Assembly (NCBI GenBank): GCA_964016885.1
Contig: OZ024747.1
Coordinates: forward strand, 17,174,001 to 17,238,000
Origin: Eledone cirrhosa
Lineage: Eukaryota
Direction of reading: 5' to 3'
DNA length: 64,000 nucleotides
Under the pieces are notes generated by a model, which ran no database searches, was not told the DNA's origin, and saw only the letters and a program-made list of their open reading frames with translations. A program made the translations under genes and the position numbers. Shown here piece by piece: positions 58,158-64,000 of this stretch. Within the stretch, counting starts at the first letter, position 1, and each line of letters begins with the position of its first letter.

Positions 58158-61029
58158 CATCAACATACGTCAGAGCTGTTTACGGGAAAGCATACTTATG
58201 TAAAATATTTCATTGCAAGTTATATTAAATTGTATTTCTGAAATAGTTGCTGAGACACAGAAGCAAATATACATAAAATAAACACTCGTTGATATAGTAC
58301 GCAAAGAATTAAGAGGTAAATATGATTTTTATTAAATCAAAACGTTTTCTTTCGTGTTGAGAGATAATTACAGGAAATCTATTTTACAATGGATTTCAAT
58401 ATTCTATGGACTAGTAGTTCTGGAAAATTACATAAAATTTGGCAACGTTTGAGAATTCTGCAGCGAATGAGAAGAACACATGGTGAATTCATTATATGAA
58501 AAATGAGTTAAAGCTATTCGAATAAATTTTATGGAAACGTTTCACATATATGCTGAGATAAAGAAAACTTATTTTACCAAACTATTCTGCATCACAATAA
58601 ATGGGTAAAAGACGAGGATGGGTTGGGTAGGAGTGGCATCATTCATTATGTTAATGGTGAATCTTACACTGAACAAACACTACTTTACATGAGTAAATTT
58701 CTCGAACATTCTCTGATTCACGCAGCCTACATTCAGGTGGGTTGATAAATGTATATATATGAAAGCCCTTAGATGCAAAGAATGAGCAGAATACAATGGA
58801 CGTTATGATTTGAATGTTGCAAATCGAATTAACAGTGAGAGGTTGCCTTAACTATGAAAATGTCAAAGGTATAGATAACTTTCTTCAAGACAAATATACT
58901 TAAATTTCACTTATCTTACATGTTAGAGTTAGTTACCATTCACTACTGTAAACAAATAAAAGCCTTATTTTATTGGTTATTAACAAATACAATACTGGCG
59001 TAAATCCATAGATGTATTCTAAGCTTAGGTGACTCGTAGCATCAAATAAGGCACTTGGTGCAATTGCTTACAAAAAGTGATCTCTCTTAAGGTTATCAAA
59101 GGATCAGTTGGTGTGGTTAACTAGGCGCTCAATATCTACCAACAAGGTCGTCCACCGATGCTTCTGAACTTTAAAATAAAGGCTCGGAACAAACAAAAAT
59201 AATCTTGTCAAATCTTCCAATTTCATCAATCCACCACGCTAGACTTGTACTTTAATTTATAATCCCCGAAAATATGAAAGTAATATTTGGCCCTGGCAAT
59301 ATTTGAAACGAGTGTTATATACAAAACCACATAAAAATGTATTAGAAATAACGTCGGAGGTATCGTATAATATGGGTTAGAAATCTTCTGACGGGTGGTT
59401 TGAATTCGCTGTTGAAGATACGTCCATTAGAAACAAAGAGACTTCATCACTTTCAAGAGTGTATCGAAACAACAGCTCAAACGTAGTCACTAATGAATTT
59501 TACTTTATGCCATACAGTACTTACCACGATGTTTTGTTAACAAATGATATTAAATGAACTGTAAGCTATAAGGAAACAACGTAATGCAAATAGAAATAAC
59601 GGATTTATTAGTTATCAGGTTTTCCAAACATAACGGAAATTGAAATAAAATCCTACATTCTGTTTTGTTTTATCTATATTAATCCAATTCCTCAGTACTG
59701 GTGTACATAGTATCATAGTAATCATACTATTCATGGCGGAAGTAAGAGAAATAAACAGATTCCTGTTATGAACCCACACGTTTATCAATCTCACGTTGTT
59801 GTCTTTATTTACTTTCCAGACCAACTGGTGCCGATCTAGTCTTAATTAATAACATAGCTCGAATAGAGAACCTTTAACCCTAAATAATGCTCAATCCAAA
59901 ACACATACATAGTGTAATTAGTTCAGGCTTTATAGAATCAGATTACGTGACTTTCAGTGTTTGCTTTTTCAAGTCCGATTTGAATTTAACTGCGAGCCAC
60001 ATATAATAACACACACCACATCCTTAAATAATTAGAATTTTATTAAAACCATACCACTTAAATATCAAAACATTAATGCATGCAATTTGAAATATAGTCG
60101 CTCCAAAGGCAGATGATTATAATAATAGTCACTCAACTATTATTTAAAGTAGTCGCCTATTTTAATAGTAATTTGAGGCGGCTACACTTTAAATGTTTTA
60201 TTTCCCAGTCAACCTTATGTAACTATATTTACGTGTAGCATCAAAAATACCTGAATGGAACCATACGATTTTGATACCCACTTGTAACTATTTCATTCAT
60301 ATCGTCGATGGAGTAGTGAGACTTATGAACACAATCTCATTAACTAAACAAACCAATTTGGTATTACGATTGACTAACATAGACATAGATATAGATATAT
60401 AAAACGTTATGTCTAATGTGTACATGTATAAATACATGTTGTGAATGGTTCTAAAGTCACTGTGTTTTCTACATTATCTACAAAACAGAAAAAATGAAAA
60501 TAAATAAGTTTTAAAAAATTGAAGTCTGGAATATTTGCCACGATTTTTGAACATATTAGCATAAATTGGTTACTTCCACAATTGCTTTGGAATGTTGAGA
60601 TAAATATGAAATAGAAATTAGAGGTAAAGAAAGAAAGAGGAAAAATGGATAAGAACATGGCATATGTATTTTGTGTTACTATCCCAGTGGGTGGTATTGT
60701 TTATGAACATGAATATTCTATTTTGGTTGTGAAGGCTTCTATTAGGCAGAAAATTATTGCTTGAGTCACTTACTATATAACTTTTACGGTGGAACTTAAA
60801 AGTATAATCAAGGCCGTGTATTATATGCGATGTGATCAAAAGTATTAGGTCATGTCTTGTCCTAGATTAGATTCTAGAGAATAGACTCGGCAGAGCAATT
60901 CAGCAGGGCAATTCAGCATCATATATCTCCCCCAGAAATGTGATATCATGTTCATATAATTATATATGTACGATCAGGCAATCGGGGATAGGCTTGCCAA
61001 GGAGATCACTATTTAATTGGAGCAATCTC

Positions 61030-61430
61030 TCTTGTCTCCCTATTTGAAAATTGTGATTTATAACTCCCGATTGCCACAGCTTAGGTGCCTTTCCAGATCT
61101 ATTGACCAACCGACACACGTGTGTCAGACGTATCCTTGATAGCAGGCGTGAAGGGGGACTTCTTATTACAAAGTCGGCTGTTGGTCTGCTAGAAGACTTT
61201 ATTAGCTGATATGATGTTCAATTTCAATTTAACCCAAACTCCTCCCATCTCGTAAATTTGGACGCCTTTACTGTCTCTACAGCAATATTTCGCACCAACT
61301 TGTGCCAGAAAGTGCAAGAAAGAGGGCTTATTTCTAAGCGAAGCTTTTTAAGCTTCCTTCTTTAATTGGATGGAATCCTGGACCTCTAGATTGAATCAAG
61401 GGGTCATCTTCCACCAGAGGCCACATCAAG
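61030..61430 (-). pseudogene. Decayed RTE (Expander/Rex3-like) LINE fragment from the EN-RT linker
   Basis: TP*FNLEVQDSIQLKKEA...RWEEFG...ANKVF*QTNSRLCNKK...IKD resembles TPWW..EV..A.KLKKEA...WEEFG...ASKRFWQTIRRLRRGK. Confidence 0.6.
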
Positions 61431-62003
61431 CTGCTTTCGTCACATCATTTAATACCTGAAGCAGATACTTATAAGGTGAACAACCTCCACTCCGTTTCAA
61501 AATAAATAGAGAGTCGATTTACGTTCTCTTTACACGAATATTACAGGAGGGAAACTTAATAAGAAAATCAATCCAGATAAGAACAATTCAGAAAGATAAA
61601 TTTAGAGTTCGGGTCACATTTTTTAGCTAAGCAGGGTATAATTCTTACAAAAATATCCAATATTCTACAAATGACTGTGTATGTCTGGGTAACACTCAAA
61701 ATATATACAACAATAAAACGCGACGTATGAGGTTTCCAAGCGAAATTCTCTTTCTTTGAAACTAAACAAGACAGTCTGAACAGAGAAGAAAGAAATGCAA
61801 GACACTGGCAACTACAATTATAATTAAGCGCTGCAATAATTTCTTTTGGATGACATAACTAGGCCCGAAATTAGATTTTTGGCGTCTGACAATACCGTTA
61901 TGAAAATAGATTTAGTTACTGGTAAAGCAATTACAAGGTTAAATGAATATATATCTATATATATATGAATGTATGTGTGAGTATATGTATATATGTATAC
62001 GTG

Positions 62004-62060
<57 letters not shown>

Positions 62061-62062
<2 letters not shown>

Positions 62063-62303
62063 AGTAAGTATGTTTTGAAACAGTGAGCGAGTTTGAAATT
62101 AGAAAATATATAGCTTTCACCGTATTTTTAACTAAAGGAATTTTAGCTTGATAACGGGGTTTAGAACCCTCAGATAAATGGAAAAAGATGAGTATTGACG
62201 TACATGTACGTCAATACTCATCTTTTTCCATTTATCTGAGGGTTCTAAACCCTGTTATCAAGCTAAAATTCCTTTAGTTAAAAATACGGTGAAAGCTATA
62301 TAT
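62061..62303 (-). mobile_element. Spacer-less palindrome with arms of about 99 bp plus a 45-nt tail, inside (TA)n
   Basis: Centre GTACA|TGTAC at 62204/62205; one mismatch; unpaired tail 62061-62105. Confidence 0.8.
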
Positions 62304-62309
62304 ATATAT

Positions 62310-62490
62310 AACGAAGGAAATGTGGTAAGGAACCAGATGGACCATAACGCAGCAAAGTACTCAATACTTAGGGTAGTAGAGTGGGTGATAGGAACGAGTA
62401 GGACCCCGACGGCTAATTCTGGACTAAAATGTCCAGAATTAGCCGTGGAAACGGCTTGAGCTCAGCCGTCGGGGTCCTACTCGTTCCTAT
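62310..62490 (-). mobile_element. Family-B element in minus orientation, with tail and inverted arm
   Basis: ATAGGAACGAGTAGGACCCCGACGGCT / AGCCGTCGGGGTCCTACTCGTTCCTAT. Confidence 0.82.
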
Positions 62491-62631
62491 ATATATATAT
62501 ATATATATATGTGTGGGGGGGGTATATGTATATATGTGTGTGTGTGTGTGTGGGTATATGTATGTGTATATATATATATATATATGAATGTGTATATATG
62601 TATCTATATATATGTATGTATATATTTATGA

Positions 62632-62723
<92 letters not shown>

Positions 62724-62725
62724 TG

Positions 62726-63570
<845 letters not shown>

Positions 63571-63604
63571 TTTATATATATATGTATATATATATATGTA
63601 TATG

Positions 63605-63731
<127 letters not shown>

Positions 63732-64000
63732 GTGTGTACATCTACGTATGTATGCCTTTATGTGCACATATGTGTGCATATATATATGTATATATATGCA
63801 TATATGTTACTATATATATATATATAATACATATATATATATATGTAATATGTATAATAGGACTTTGAGTATCCCATACACCTTGACTTTGCATGTGGTA
63901 TCTGCACCAGAATGTGCCTCTCTAACTAGACATAAGCAGGTGGGGGACATAACAGCACATTGTGTGGTATGGCATGTAATCTACTTCCTGGTTTGATGAG

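Overview
AT-rich, microsatellite-saturated animal genomic DNA. It is probably cephalopod (octopus-like), inferred only from composition and SINE style. No host gene was recognised, and almost all ORFs in the track are microsatellite artefacts. Recognisable mobile DNA: a frameshifted Penelope-like element (PLE; RT plus C-terminal GIY-YIG, about 24100-27480), a decayed Helitron RepHel (minus, about 6660-8110), an R4/Dong-type RLE fragment, two RTE-type LINE fragments and more than 20 tRNA-derived SINE copies. The main signal is non-coding. Many short elements sit inside (TA)n tracts, carry type I hammerhead ribozyme (HHR) motifs and share one architecture: an inverted arm, a forward arm and an unpaired 3' tail of about 25-105 nt. 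They include a 317-bp tandem retrozyme-like unit with a perfect HHR (57231-58093) and several HHR variants with a very long helix II and a non-canonical 10.1-11.1 pair. All structures were folded by eye; ribozyme activity and novelty are untested.
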